From: the human T2T-CHM13v2.0 reference genome, Homo sapiens
DNA length: 64,000 bases
Reading direction: 5' to 3' (one strand)
Assembly (NCBI RefSeq): GCF_009914755.1
Contig: NC_060926.1
Of this stretch, positions 15,338 through 45,519 are shown in pieces. Numbering within the stretch: the stretch's first letter is position 1; every line of letters starts with the position of its first letter. The notes below the pieces were generated by a model. The model had not been told where the DNA came from and searched no databases. It saw only the letters and a program-made list of their open reading frames with translations. The position numbers were made by a program, and so were the translations under genes.

Positions 15338-15473
15338 AAGAGAAGAGGAAGAGGAGTAAGAAGAGGAGGAGGAAGAGGAGGAGGAAGAAGAGGAAGAGGA
15401 GAAGGAAGAAGAGGAAGAGGAGGAGGAAGAAGAGGAAGAGGAGGAGGAAGAAGAGGAAGAGGAGGAAGAGGAA
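15338..15473 (+). repeat. (GAG/GAA)n purine-rich simple repeat at an Alu 3' tail
   Basis: gaagaggaggaggaagaagaggaagag... directly follows the Alu end. Confidence 0.9.
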
Positions 15474-21060
<5,587 letters not shown>

Positions 21061-23283
21061 AATGTATTAACTTCAAGGAGAAATACAGCTCTCACTGGAC
21101 CAGGACTGGATTATTTGCAGACCTACAGCAGAGGCTGAATGAGAAGGTAGCTTGGCAAACATGTAATGCCAGTCGATTCTACCTCCACAGGAGCTCCAGA
21201 ATTTTAACCGGTCTCAACACCTTTGCACTACCAGGGTAATTCCAGCCACTCCCAACTGCCCCCTGACTCTCTGCCCTCCAGCCTCACTGGCTGTCTTTTA
21301 AATCTTCCGATTCACCTAGCCACACTCACGGCCAGCGCCAAGTCTCAATTCTCCCTCTAAGAACATGAGTGTGAGTATTTGACTCCCACCACCTCTCCGC
21401 CCCCATCACCAGCATCTACAATGCTCTCCACGAAGGGTTCGGGCCTAGTCCGATGCCTGGCACAGGGCAGGAGCTCCACAAGCATTTCTGGAGTGAACTT
21501 GAGAATTAGGGAGAGGCTTGTAGAGGAAATGCCATTTCAGGTGGGCCTGGAAGGGCCGTGGGATCTGTCAGCCTGGTAGGGGAGAGGAAAGCGCTGTAGG
21601 CAGCCTGAGAGAGAGGACTGGGACCTTCGGAGCCTCAAGGGAGACTGAGGGGCTTGAAGACTAAGGAACTCAATCTTATCCATGGGATAGGAAGAGGTGG
21701 CAAATGGGGCTGGAGAGGCAGGTAGGGGTTTGAGGGACTGAAGTCCAGTGGAAGCCACTGAACAGTTTTAGGCCAGAGAGTGACACGATCTTATATAATA
21801 TTTTGAGAAGATCCCTCTGGGTGCTTCATGGAAGCTGGATTAGAGGGTGAGCTTCGGAAAAATGAAGTGGCTGTGGCCACTGCCCAGGGGACACGGGGAG
21901 TCTAGAAAGAAAAAGCTCCCTTCAGATCCTCCTGTTACAGGAGTCAGCAGGCTCCCCCGAGGAAACACCTCCCGCCATTGCACATTGTTAAATCCACTTC
22001 AATATTCCCTTTTACCTCCTGTGTCAATCACCACCGTGAAAAGATGCGTAAGTAAACTGATGGTAACAGCAGATTTGGTTAGATAGTAAGACGTGAGCTT
22101 TAAAAGATGAGGTAATAGGCCAGGCATGGTGGCTCAGGCTTGTAATCCCAGCACTTTGGGAGGGGGAGGCTGCAGTGAGTAGATATCGCGCCACTGCACT
22201 CTGCCTGGGTGACAGAGCGAGAGAGTCCATCTCAAAAAAAAAAAAAAATCACAAAATAATAATAAAATCAAGAGGTCATGCAACATAATTGAAACTCTTG
22301 GCTATAATGTGGATTACTGGGAAATTTCCCATATAATGTGTGACAAAATGTAACTGGAAATTGATGGGGCAGTGAGGAGGCTGGGGAGATGAAACAGACT
22401 CATTTTCTTCTTAATAGGGTTAGGGTTTGCCTTTGGTTTTTTTTTTGTTTGTTTTTTTTTTTTTTGGAGACAGAGTCACCCTCTGGCTGGAGTACAGTAG
22501 TGCTATCTCGTCTCACTGTAACCTCCTGGGTTCAAGCAATTCTCCTACCTCAGACTCCCAAGTAGCTGGGACTACAGGCATGTGCCACCACACCTGGCTA
22601 ATTTTTGTATTTTTAGTAGAGATGGGGTTTCACTATGTTGGCCAGGCTGGTCCTGAACTCCTGACCTCATGTGATCTGCTGCCTCGGCTTCCTAAAGTGC
22701 TAGGATTACAGGCATGAGCCATAGCACCCGGCCTAACTTTTGTGTTTTTAGTAAAGATGTGGTTTCATCATGCTGGTCTTCAACTCCTGACCTCAAGTGA
22801 TCCGCCTGCCTCAGCTTCCCAAAGTCTTGGGATTACAGGTGTGAGCCATTGTGCCAGGCCTGCATTTGTGATTTATGTAATTTAAACATTTTGGATCAAG
22901 TGCAGTGGATCACACCTGTAATAGCATCACTTTGTGGAGCTGAGGTGGGCAGATCACTTGAGCCCAGGAGTTCAAGACCAGCCTGGCCAACAAAGCAAGA
23001 CCTGGTCTCTACAAATACATTTTTAAAAAAAATTAGCTGGGTGTGGTGGTGCACGCCTATAGTCCCAGCTACTCAGGAGCTGAGCAGGGAAGATCTCTTG
23101 AGCCTAGGAGATCAAAGCTGCAGTGAGCTGTGATTGTGCCACTGCACTCCAGCCTGGGCAACAGGGCAAGACCCTATCTCTAAAACAAAAGGGAAAGATC
23201 GAAATGTTAAATTTATTTATTGGGGATTATAATTGTTGTTGGTTTTTTGTGTCTGTGTTGGAATTTGAGTTGAAACAGTCTGA

Positions 23284-23811
<528 letters not shown>

Positions 23812-25249
23812 TGAGCTCCTGAGCTCAAGTGATCCGCCCACCTCAGCCTCCCAAAGTGTTGGGATTACAGGCGTGAGCCACCGCGCCCTGCTCACTCACC
23901 AACCTCTTCAACGCCCAGCTTAGAGCTGCTGGTCTCACGAAGAAGCTGCCACGAACACACAGCTCGTTCCCTCCCTCAGGTGGAGAGAGGATGACACAGA
24001 GGCAGGGGAAAGGTTGGAGCTAGGGGAGGTAGGTGCAAGTGGGCAAAGGACCCCAGTGTAGGGGAGGGGTGAAGACAAACTGCCCGTGTCACTGTTCTGT
24101 ATGGAGCTGCATCTGAACCCAAGGCAAGTCCCTGCCCTATTCTCCACCTGTTCCCCTGCTGTTCTTCTCAGACAGTAATTAATCTTCCAAGCAGCACATT
24201 ATCCGTGGGATAAACTGTGGCCTCTGAAGTCTTCGGTCCTGGGTCTAACTTGGGAGGCTTTGGGCAGAGTGTCAGTTATGACACCTTTCATCACAAGTGG
24301 CTGGTCAGCATGACTTAAACAGTCCAGGGGATTCACTGCAAAGTTCAGCCCTGCAGGCCCGGCTTGATCCAGCAGCTCACAGGTGTCACCCTGCAGCCAT
24401 CTTCCTGTCTTTCTTTCCACTTCTGTGTCAGCGTCATCTCAGGCCAGCTTTCATCATGGTGGCAGAATGTCTCTTGCTGTGGTTCAAGCAATGAATCTCA
24501 TCTCTACACATCTTAGAGTCCAGAGGGAGCTAGAAAACATCTTTCCCAGAAGCCATCTCCCACAAAGGAGTACCCCAGACTGTCCCTGGATTACAGCCTC
24601 ACCCCTGTGCCCAGGCAAGGTAGTAGTTATGGTAATGTCAGTGTGATCCTGGGCCACCTGCCCCACCCCAGCCCAGGGAGTCAGCACTGGGGTTTGTGGC
24701 GGGGGAGACGGGTACCCAGAGAATGATCAGGGGAGAAATGGAGAACAGAGAAGGGTCATGGGAGGCCGCTCCGTTGCCTCTGGCAGCCAGAAAACTCCAA
24801 TTTTTTTTTTTTAAGACAGAGTCTCACTCTGTCACCCAGGCTGGAGTGCAGTGAGATCTCGGCTCACTGCAACCTCTGCCTCCCGAGTTCAAGCAATTCT
24901 CCTGCCTCAGCCTCCTGAGTAGCTGGGATTACAGGTGCCCGCCATCACGCCTGGCTAATTTTTGTTTTGTTTTTAGTAGAGTCGGGCTTTCACCATGTTA
25001 GCCAGGCTGGTCTCGAACTCCTGACCTCAGGTGATCCACCCTCCTCAGCCTCCCAGAGTGCTGGGATTACTGGCGTGAGCCACCGCACCCGGCCAGAAAA
25101 CTCCAATTCTTAATTCCTTACCTGTAGTGGGGGGTCATCATCTCTACCTTACTGATGTAAGGCACAGGACAGTTCAAGAGCGACAGTAACGTGCTGCCAC
25201 CGTCACTGGGGTGCTGTAGCCGATGTGAACTCCCTCCCCGGCTAGCTTC

Positions 25250-26720
25250 TCTTCTGTGAAGGTGAGGTCCGGGCCACCAAGCCGCTTGCCCACTCCACAC
25301 AAGGTCCTTCTCTCCGAGGGACGCGGCAGGGGCCCGAGGTGGCCAGCAGGTGGCAGCGCCGCGGCAGCCCGGGTTTGGCATAGCTCGGGAGCGGCCTCCG
25401 GGAAAGGAAGGGGTCAGGCCTCTCCAGGCAGCCCCCAGAGCCCCTCGCCTCCCTGGGCGCCCCACTCGCAGATGCAGCAGGGCGGGTTCGCGGGTGTGCG
25501 GCCTGCACCTGGCGGGGCTCCGGGCTTGGGTGGAAGCTCTGCTGTCGCCATCTTGACGTCTGAGTTACTGCTGAGCAGGAGCCCTGCATTTTCATTTTGC
25601 GCCAGGCCTCTCAAACTGTGGTCCTGGGTGCCAGGACTCCTGCTGCCTCGGGATCCCGCCACTTTACTTCCCAGAAATGCGCTGAGCCCGTCCCTTTCCT
25701 GCCGTTGCTCAGCCTTCCCGGGGCTCCCTGACCATGCTTGTCTCCAGCTCACCGGCCTTCCAGAAGCCTGGAGAGGGCCGGGACCCCACATGGGGAGGAC
25801 GAAGAACCCACGCAAGGAAAACGGGGACCCTACATGGGCATGGGGCAGCCATGGGGAGGAGGGGGACCACGTGGGGATAATGGGGCCATACGTGGAGAGG
25901 AGGGGACCCTACAGAAGGCCTGGGTTGGGCAGTGCTGGGCTCTCGTCGGAGGGTCAGGTGGCGCTGGCGGCCGGCAGGAAGCCCTGGGTAGCGGGTGGCG
26001 GGCAGCAGGTCCCGGGCTGCAGGCCCCGTGGAGAGCGGAAGGCGCGCGGCGAGGCCCGGGCGGGAACCCAAGGCTGGAGGCCGGCCCTAAGAGTGCTTCC
26101 CTAGCAGCCCCGGCGGGAAAAGAAGAGAACAAAGTCTAGGAGTTCCGGGACTTCCCCGCGGTGGCAGAGGAGGGGGCTGCCATTGTCAAGGCGGCACAGA
26201 AGCCTCGGGTTCGGGGACCTTTGCTGGAGGAGCTGGGGCAGGGTAGGACGGGGGCCGCAGGGGCCTCGAGAGCGAACGGGGAAAGGCCGCGGCGCCTGCA
26301 GAGCACAGTCCATGCAGTTTGCCCGGGGCGCGGGCCTCTCGAGTGTGCTCAGGAAGCCGTGGCTCCTCGGGGCGTCTGCAGGCCTCCCAGCATCCGTCGT
26401 GCAGACCTGACGCCACCTGCCACCCGCAGACGCTGAGACCCGGAGCCCCTCTGCCCCTGGGCTGGCCGCGGAGGCTGCCTCTGGGGTGCGGTTTCCCAGG
26501 CTGTGTCTTTTCAGCGGGTGCGCAGGTTCCCGCCCTCCCAGTGTCCCTTCCTGCGGTCTGGACGTGGGGGCCCGCGGACCCAGCGTGGGGGCGCTGTGGG
26601 TGACAGAAGGTGGTGGGGCAGAGGCGGCTGCAGTGTGGACTCAAAAGCACGTGGGGGTGGGGGGTGGGGCAAGAGCAATCAGGTGGTCTGCGCCTGCTCT
26701 GCGACTTCCCAGCTGTGCGA
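25250..26720. promoter_or_regulatory. Orphan CpG island with YY1 (CGCCATCTT) and CRE-like (TGACGTC) motifs
   Basis: Non-repetitive GC/CpG-rich 1.4 kb; tgtcgccatcttgacgtctg at ~25542-25562. Confidence 0.7.
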
Positions 26721-26959
26721 CCCTGGGAAGTTACCTCACCTCTTTGAGGCTCAGGCTTCCCTCATCTGTAAAATGGAAGAATAGGATCGACTTTGCAGGG
26801 TATCTGTGGGGATTCTTGATATACAGACCATATGAAAGACCTTCCGTAAGAGAGGGATGCTTTTCTGCCTAGATTTTATAGCCTCTATCCTTGTATTAAA
26901 ATTGATTATCAAAATGTTTACGATTTCCCCTGCCCTTAGAAATAACAGAATCATGGCTA

Positions 26960-27100
<141 letters not shown>

Positions 27101-27208
27101 TTATCCGGGCATGGTGGCACGCACCTGTAATCCCAGCTACTTGGGATTCCCTCTTGTGAAAGGTGGGAGAGGGGAGAAGGGACAGGAGAGGTAACACTTC
27201 TCTGAGTC

Positions 27209-27917
<709 letters not shown>

Positions 27918-29013
27918 CATCTTTGTATAATTCTGACTTATAGAACTATTTGTGTTTCATAGAAAAAAAAATTTAAATCAACAAGGAATTGGAGAAGGGT
28001 GGTAGAGATGGCCCAAAATGGAATACGAACAGAAACAAGTGAACTTGCTGTTTTACAAATGAATAACGTGCACTCGGGCATCCTAGGGGAGCAGTGACCT
28101 ATGTAGCTTTAGAAACAGTGTTTTGACTATATGCTCTATGACTAAAGGGGAGAAAAACTGCACAATATTTTGCCGTTGGTAGAGGAGCACACATCTCACA
28201 TCTAACTCACATCTTTCTTTTTCACAGAGGTGTGAGTTAGAAATCCATGAACTACTTGATGTGGATTCTGGCACTGAGCAAGTATATATACTGCAGCTAG
28301 CAAGAGCCAGATTTCTCACCATCAGGAAAATGGCTAAAAATAAGGAAAGGGGATGGATGCAGTGGCTCATGCCTGTAATCCCAGCCCTTTGAGAAGCTGT
28401 GGCAGAAGAACTGCTTGAGGTCAGGAGTCCAAGACCAGCTAGGGCAACATAGCAAGACCCCTATCGCTACAAAAAAGATAAAACATAAAAAATTTAGCCA
28501 GGTGTGGTGGTGCACACCTGTAGTCCCAGCTACTTGGGAGGCTGAGGCAGAGGATCACTTGAGCCCAGGAATTCAAGGCCACAGTGAGCTATGATCGCAC
28601 CACTGCAGTCCAGCCTGAACAACATAGTGAGACCATGTCTCTAAAAAATTAATAAGAAGAGTAGGCTAGAATGAACATTATGGTGTTGGACTGGCATTGG
28701 AGACATCACTGTGAACTCCTGGTTTTTAAAATACATACAGATATAGAAAGAGCTTTAGAGATGCACATGTGTGGACATGTATTTCCTAACTCTATCCACT
28801 GGAAGGGCCTAAAAGTACTAACACCCAATACCACTGAACTCACCCAACACCCAGATCTTGTTTTTTTTGTTGTTGTTGTTGTTTGGTTTGGTTTGGTTTT
28901 GTTTGAGATGGAATTTCGCTCTTTCACCCAGGCTGGAGTGAAGTGGCCCAATCTCGGCTCACTGCAACCTCCACCCCCTGGGTTCAAACAATTCTCTTGA
29001 CTCAGGCTCCTGA

Positions 29014-29214
<201 letters not shown>

Positions 29215-30415
29215 TAAAAGGCACCAAGACTCTGGAAGAAACGAATATTTCCAGGGCTATGGCAAGGAAAGTACAAGCTGAGCTTTCAACATCTTGTGGA
29301 GCCAAAAGGCAAAGCCTCTGACAAGCTGTGGGGAAAGTCATCAGAGGAACATCAGCATGGAGTGGACAGTAGAGGGAGGGGACAGCCTGCGAAGCCTTCA
29401 GAGAGGAGGGAAATGAGAAGAAGGAGACTTCAAGGGCGAGGAAAGGGTGGCGGTGTCAGATGTTGCCGAGATTAAGATCAGATCTAAAAACCATCTTTCT
29501 AGAAGCCTTTGCTGCAGATGTCCCTGGTGTCCTTGAGAAAAGAGTTTTGATGGGGGGCTGAGGAGACGTAACAGGTGTCACAGGTGCACAGAGGAGTTGT
29601 AGATGAAGAACAGCAGTCAGGGAATTGGGGGACTATTCCAAGACCTTTGGCTGTGAACAGAAGGAGAGGGCAGGATTGGAAGGGGGCACACGCTTAGGGA
29701 GAGGCTTGGTTCTGGATTCTCTTGAGAACATGGCAGCCTCAACAGGAGCCAAGGGCAGTAGAGACAGGCTAGCTGCTCAGCCAACCCATTCCCTCTTCTT
29801 CCTGATGTGTAGCTGCAGCACCTGCCCAGCCTCCTTGGGACTAGAGGTGTGGCACAGGACCATGAGTGGTGAAAACATATCTAGGCCTGGCCTGCACCAA
29901 GTGCTCCCACTGGATCCTCCTTGTTCTCTCCTATCTACTTGCTGAATGAAGATCTTTCCAATGACCCAGAACAGGACAGAGGAACAAAACAGAGGAAGCC
30001 TGGGTCCCCAGATGACCACACAGAAGGCCACCTGCCCAGGAATACCCCACTCTGAATGTAGCATGAGTGAGAAACAAACACTTAACTGTGTTGCACTGCT
30101 AAGAACTGGGGTCCATCCACTATAGCAGGTAGAGTTAACCTAATAAACTGGTTAAGGACATTCTTGTACCTCCATGCAATGGAGCACTACAGCTATAAAA
30201 ACAAAGGGAGCAGCTGTTCATTACAGATATGAAATGATCTCCAAAATACTTTCAACGACAAAAAGGCAAGGTATAGGAAAATGTGTTATAGCTTGTTGCT
30301 ATGTGTCAAAAATCGGTAGGAAGCCAGGCGTGGTGGCTCACGCCTGTAATCCCAGCATTTTGGGAGGCTGGGCCAGGCGGATCACGAGGTCAGGAGATCG
30401 AGACCATCCTGGCTA

Positions 30416-30769
<354 letters not shown>

Positions 30770-31512
30770 TCAATTTTATACATTTTTTAAAATAGACATG
30801 TAAAGGGAGTGTGCCAGAGATGTGGGCATATTGTTACAAAAGCCAGTAGAAACAAAATTTCTAAAAAGACAGAGAGAAAGCAGACAGCGGATAGAGGGAA
30901 GTCCTTGAGCCCTTGAAGGCAGGGGATGGAGAGTGGAGCGTAGGGAGAGGGAGCTGCCACGGCTGGGAGGAAGGCCACTGAGGACAGGAGGTAGGATGCT
31001 GGAGACGTCAGAGCAGGCAAGCATGTAGGGTGAGTATGCGGGAGCAGGAAGGTGGTGGGGAGATTTCTCTCAAATGGCTTTTATCAGGAGATGAAGTTAC
31101 CTAATAAAAATGAGATGGTGGCTCTGACTCCAGGGAAGAACAGGAGGACAAAGGAAATAAAAGCTTGTAGGGGAGCACTGCTGGCCCAGATGAGACTGGA
31201 GCCACAAGCTTAGAATGAAACCAACCAGCCCGAGGTAGGATTTCTGCTAGCACCCCAAAATAGGGGAGGAGCATGGGACATGTATTAATTGACTCAGGAT
31301 AGAAATTTCTATGGAGCAGGTGACAGAGGGGCTGGGAAGACCAGAGATTTAGGGATATTGGCAAGAGTGGTAAGTTGGTCCATGTGGGACAGGATGCATC
31401 CGAAAGGAGATTTTGAAGGGGACTGACAGACTTGGGAGAAAGAGAAATCAGAGAGCTGGAGATGTTATTGAGGGGAAAAGAACCTAAGAATAGTGCAAGC
31501 AACTGAGAGTGA

Positions 31513-31865
<353 letters not shown>

Positions 31866-31989
31866 TAAGGCAGGTAAACACCTGGGACCTGAATATCCAG
31901 GACCAGCTGGGAGGCTGAGGTCCCAGAAGTAGGGATGGAAAGAAGCCCATGAGCCAGGGGTCTAGGCTCTTTAACAAATACCAGATAGG

Positions 31990-32976
31990 TGTAGGGACCA
32001 GCCCCACAGGGTCGGTGGGTTTTTCTCCCCATGTGCGGAGATGAGAAATTGTAGAAATAAAGACACTAGAAAAAGAGATAAAAGACAGGTGGGCCCGGGG
32101 GACCACTACCACCAAGACACGGAGACCAGTGGTGGCCCCGAATGCCAGGCTGCACTGACATTTATTGGATACAAGACAAAGGGGCAGGGTAAGGAGTGTG
32201 AGCCATCTCCAATGATAGGTAAGGTCATATGGGTCACGTGTCCACTGGACAGGGGGCCCTTCCCTGCCTGGCAGCCAAGGCAGAGAGAGAGAGGAAAGAG
32301 ACAGCTTACACCATTATTTCTGCATATCAGAGACTTTTAGTACTTTCACTAATTTGCTACTGCTATCTAAAAGGCAGTCAGGTGTACAGGATGGAACATG
32401 AAGGCGGACTAGGAGCGTGACCACTGAAGCACAGCATCACAGGGAGACAGACGGTTAGGCCTCCGGATAACTGTAGGCGGGCCTGAAGAGGTGGAGTAGA
32501 GTCTTCTCTAAACTCCCCCGGGGAACGGGAGACCACCCCCCCCCCACACTTTCCCAGTCGGCTAAGTAGCGGGTGTTTTTCCTTGACACTGATGCTACCA
32601 CTAGACCACGGTCCACTTGGCATCCGGCGTCTTCCCAGACACTGGCGTTACCGCTAGACCAAGGAGCCCTCTGGTGGCCCTGTCCGGGCATAACAGAAGG
32701 CTCGCACTCTTGTCTTTTGGTCACTTCTCACTATGTCCCCTCAGCTCCTATCTCTGTAAGGCCTGGTTTTTCCTAGGTTATGATTGCAGAGCAAGGATTA
32801 TTATAATATTGGAATAAAGAGTCATTGCTACAAACTAATGATTAATGATATTCATATATAATCATATCTATGATCTATAGCTAGTATAACTATTCTTATT
32901 TTATATATTTTGTAATACTGCAACAGCTCATGCCCTCGGTCTCTTGCCTCAGCACCTGTGTGGCTTGCTGCCCACA
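31990..32976 (-). mobile_element. LTR13 (ERVK) solo LTR, 987 bp
   Basis: Minus strand TGTGGGCAGCAAGCCACACAGGTGCTGAGGCAAGAGACCGAGG...CCCTACA; TG..CA termini; 6-bp TSD gatagg at 31984-31989 and 32977-32982. Confidence 0.88.
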
Positions 32977-34421
32977 GATAGGGAGCCAGGTGCAGTGGCT
33001 CATGCCTGTAATCCTATCGCTTTGTGAGGCCAAGGCAGGAGGATCACTTGAGCCCAGGAGTTCGAGACCAGCCTGGCAACATAGCAAGACCCCATTTCTA
33101 CAAAAATTTTAAAAAACTAGCTATGGAGGCACATACTTGTGGTTCCAGCTCCTTGGGAGGCTGAGGTGGGAAGACAGCTTGAACCTGTAAGGTCGAGGCT
33201 GCAGTGAGCTGTGACTGCACCATTGAACTCCAGCCTGGGCAAGAGTGAGATCCTGTCTAAAAACAAAAACAAAAACAAAAAACAACAACAAAAAAGCCAG
33301 ATAGGGTTCTAGATGACCACAGCTGAGTGGGGAAGGGTAAGGCCAGATGGCATGAGCCTCCGAGGAGCCAGGAGTCAGACGCGTAAGAGTGCAGCTGTGA
33401 GACTGACTGCTTCCACTCCTACAGGGGAACGCAGCTGAAAGCAGAGCTTGGGCCTGTGCCTCGCTCACCCAGAGCCAAAAGGCTCAACCATAATGACCTG
33501 ACGTTCAGAGGCCCCTTGCCTAGCCAGTCTCCCCATCCTTAACCCCAACATTGATCTCCATGCCTGGGCCCTCTTCCCACTGCCCTGCCTTGTCATCGGC
33601 TGCACTGTCATCCTCAAAGTCACTCTGTACCTTTAGTCACTCATCCTTTCCGAAATGGTCCCCAAGTTTCCTCTGCAGAAGAGCCTGGCCCTGCCCTGCC
33701 ATCTCACTCATCCTCCAGAGGCCTGCTGTGAGCGCCCACTTGGTCCTCACCACCGCACTGTCACCCACATTTATAGTCAAGTCTCTCTTATTAAAGAAGG
33801 GAATCTGAATCTGGGTTTGCCGTCTAAGTTGGCTTTCTCAGAGGCTACCAGAGCCCCAAGACCTCACCGCCCTGCCCTAAAGCCACTCCGTCTTAATCTC
33901 TTTGCTCTGCTGTGGCTGTTGGAGCTCAGCTTCACACTCATTAGCAGTCCCAAGACCTCTGCACTGAGGCTGTCCTGAGGATCTCCAGAGGTGAGATCTG
34001 CCTTTCCTTCCTGGAATAGGCAGGGTTTTTTTCCAGCCTTCTATGAGCCTGGCAGAAAGGAAGAGGGACCCTACATTGAGAAATCAACTCAGCCATGCTC
34101 ACATGTTGCTGAGAGAACTCACCAGCTAGCAAAGCCCATCAGTGCGCTCCTGAGGAATCAAATAAACACAACCTGAGCCTTAAGACTGAGAGCTGTTTAG
34201 GGCTTACTGTTGAGTGGGGGAGGGAGGGCAGAGAGCAGGATACACTATGGTCCATCCATAATGTGTTCAACCACATAAAATCGCACAATGAAAACTGAAA
34301 GGCCAGGCATGGTGGCTCACGCCTGTAATCCCAGCACTTTGAGTGGCCGAGGCAGGCGGATTACCTGAGGTCAGGAGTTCGAGACCAGCCTAGCCAACAT
34401 GGAGAAACCCTGTCTCTATTA

Positions 34422-34881
<460 letters not shown>

Positions 34882-35011
34882 TAGCCAGGATGGTCACGAT
34901 CTCTTGACCTCATGATCCACCCGCCTCGGCCTCCCAAAGTGCTGGGATTACAGGTGTGAGCCACCGTGCCTGGCCCAAATTTCTTTATAATATCCAAATA
35001 TTCTACAATAA

Positions 35012-35263
<252 letters not shown>

Positions 35264-35844
35264 TGATCTGCCTGTCTCGGCCTCCCAAAGTGCTGGGATT
35301 ACAGGTGTGAGCCACCACGCCTGGCTAGACTAATTTTTTAAGATATGGCTTCTACAGTAGTGAGTAGACATCTCGCTATGTCAGTGGAAAAACACTGTTT
35401 GAGTCACAGACCTAAGACTCTGCTGGCAGCTACAGGCCTTCTCCCTGGAAAAATGCTCATCTGCTCTTTCACACATCGACACCCCATTGTGCACTCCCCT
35501 GGGTGCCCCAATGCCAAAGGAACAAGCATCCCTGCCTGTAAGAGGCAGAATGTTTCTGGGCCAGCCACACTAACTGTAAGCTGACCAACAATGTTGGAAC
35601 TTCGAAAGAAGTGTGTAAATCCAAATGGAAGCACCACAAAAAAGTCCAATGGCTCTGACACCCAGCCTGTACAGGGAAGGAGGTTAGTTACCCTGGCCTG
35701 AACCCCAAGATGACTGTGGCAGGTCTGTCGTGCTTAGGGATAGGGTCGCACAAGGTGTCCAAACATTCAGTTCATCCACCTGACTCCTTTGTTCACATCC
35801 CAGGCTCACAAGTGCCTTTAAGAAAAATGTGGCTTCTTTTAGGG

Positions 35845-38866
<3,022 letters not shown>

Positions 38867-38926
38867 TTTAAACCTGCAAAAACACTACTTGAAGAAAATT
38901 AATATCTGAAGAGAATTAAATATCTA

Positions 38927-39300
<374 letters not shown>

Positions 39301-39533
39301 CTACTCGGGAGGCTGAGGTAGGAGGATCACCTGAGCCCAGGAAATCGAGACTGCCGCGAGCCATGATTGTGCCACTGCGCTCCTGCCTGGGCGAAGGGAG
39401 TGAGACCCTGTCTCAAAATAATAATAAAAAAATAAAGTGCCGAGTGCCCCTAACCTCATACCAGAGGATCCCTTGGGATCCACCTGTGACAACCCTGGTA
39501 AATCTCAATCCTCAGAGCTCTGGGACCCCTCAC

Positions 39534-39691
39534 CTCTCCAGGTGCTGTTCTTTCTATCTCTAGTTTCTTGGCCCTGGCTTTTCTCTCCAATATGGTCGAG
39601 AACTACGGCAAGCCCATCAATCTCTGTTCCCTGCTTTTCTTCCAAGGCTCTCTCTGTCTCAGCTTGTGACTTGAATTCAATATATGCAATC
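39534..39691 (-). pseudogene. NCL-paralog exon 9 (158 nt, open frame)
   Basis: ttgcag|G IAYIEFKSQAETERALEEKQGTEIDGLAVVLDHIGEKSQGQETRDRKNSTWR G|gtgagg; same length and phase as NCL exon 9 (82-239). Confidence 0.95.
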
Positions 39692-39879
39692 CTGCAATTG
39701 TGGGGATGAGGTGAGGGAGAGAAGAACAGTCAGCATTTAGGGCCACAGACAGTTATTTGTCTTCTGAATCAGTAATATACAAGATTCAAAATCCAAAAAG
39801 TAGAAAAGGATATGGTTTAGAACATGTAGAAAAAGGAAAAAAAAAAAGGATATGGTGTAGTCTTCCTTATATTCCTATT

Positions 39880-43800
<3,921 letters not shown>

Positions 43801-43986
43801 TATGAATAAGGACATATCGAGTCAGATTCTTTCTTCTTGAGACAGAGTTTTGCTCATTGCCCAGGCTGGAGTGAAGTGGCACGATCTCTGCTCGCTGCAA
43901 CCTCTACCTCCTGGCTTGAAATGATTCTCCTGTCTCAGCCTCCTGAGTAGCTGGGATTACAGGTGTGTACCACCATGACTGGCTAA

Positions 43987-44443
<457 letters not shown>

Positions 44444-44569
44444 TGAGCCACCATGCCCAGCCTGCACCACACTCTTTTCTGGCATAGGTACTATGCTTTA
44501 TTTCACATGGCCATGGAGTCTCTGGTTTCTCTTATCTCCCCTTTATTTATTTTTTATTATTTTTAATTT

Positions 44570-44640
44570 AGGACATATCAGATATTAAACTGAAAAAACA
44601 GATACTACACTTGATCTTAGCCAAAAGGCTGAGAAGTGAT
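44570..44640 (-). pseudogene. U2 snRNA 5' retrocopy (about 70 nt) with A-rich tail
   Basis: Minus strand ATCACTTCTCAGCCTTTTGGCTAAGATCAAGTGTAGTATCTGTTTTTTCAGTTTAATATCTGATATGTCCT matches U2 nt 1-71. Confidence 0.93.
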
Positions 44641-45519
44641 ACAGTAATTCTTCAGGTAGAGAAATGATTACAAAGATTTAAGTATATTTAATTAAAACCT
44701 AATTAAACTTCGAGAAATTATATAGCTTTTGGCAGGAACTTGTTTGCTGGTTTTCTGGAGACTATAGGCAGAGTGCTCCCAAATCTCCTCCTAGTAAACA
44801 CTGCTAACAATTTGGAATTTATTCTTTCAGATTTGTTTCCTCATATTTATCATGGCTTTCCAGGTCAATACATACAGTTCTATCTTATGCTTGAAGATCT
44901 GTAGTATTCTTTCTAGAGATTATGTTCATCAGAACATACTGCTACAGATTATTTTAGAGTTCACCTACACCAACATATTTAGCTCAAATGTATCTGTAAA
45001 CCCAATACTCAATTTTCACCTCATTGACAATCCCTTCAAAATATATTATACTCCACCCTCTCTAATTTCACCATATTCACTCTCTTACTCTACCAAAGCC
45101 TAGATATCTAAGGACAGTGTTTCATTAATTGGTTACAACATAAACCTAACAATTCAATTCTATGTGCTATTTTGGTACCTGTCCAAGCAAGTTACTAAGT
45201 ACATTATTCTAGTGGAGTCAGCCCTGGAGAGAGAAGACAGAATGTACATAATCTATGAATAAATTCCAATCTTCAATCTTGTACTTGGTAGCAGATGAAG
45301 TCTCTATTTCTCTATAGCACCACTACAGTTTTCTAGGAGTTTTGGCTGTCCCTTTATGATGTCCCCTTTGGCTTTTTATGCCTACTGGCAGAAATCTGGA
45401 TAACTACTCTTTCCTTCTCTAAAATCAGGCATAAAAGATTTGAGAGAATGTAAGGAAATTCCATTATGTTTGTATCCAGTAGACATACATTCTTATTCAG
45501 TACGAGGTGCAAAACATAC

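Noticed and set aside
25256-26104. 282-aa plus-strand ORF in the orphan CpG island
   Set aside because: GC-rich stop avoidance, overlapping ORFs in all frames, no recognisable protein features
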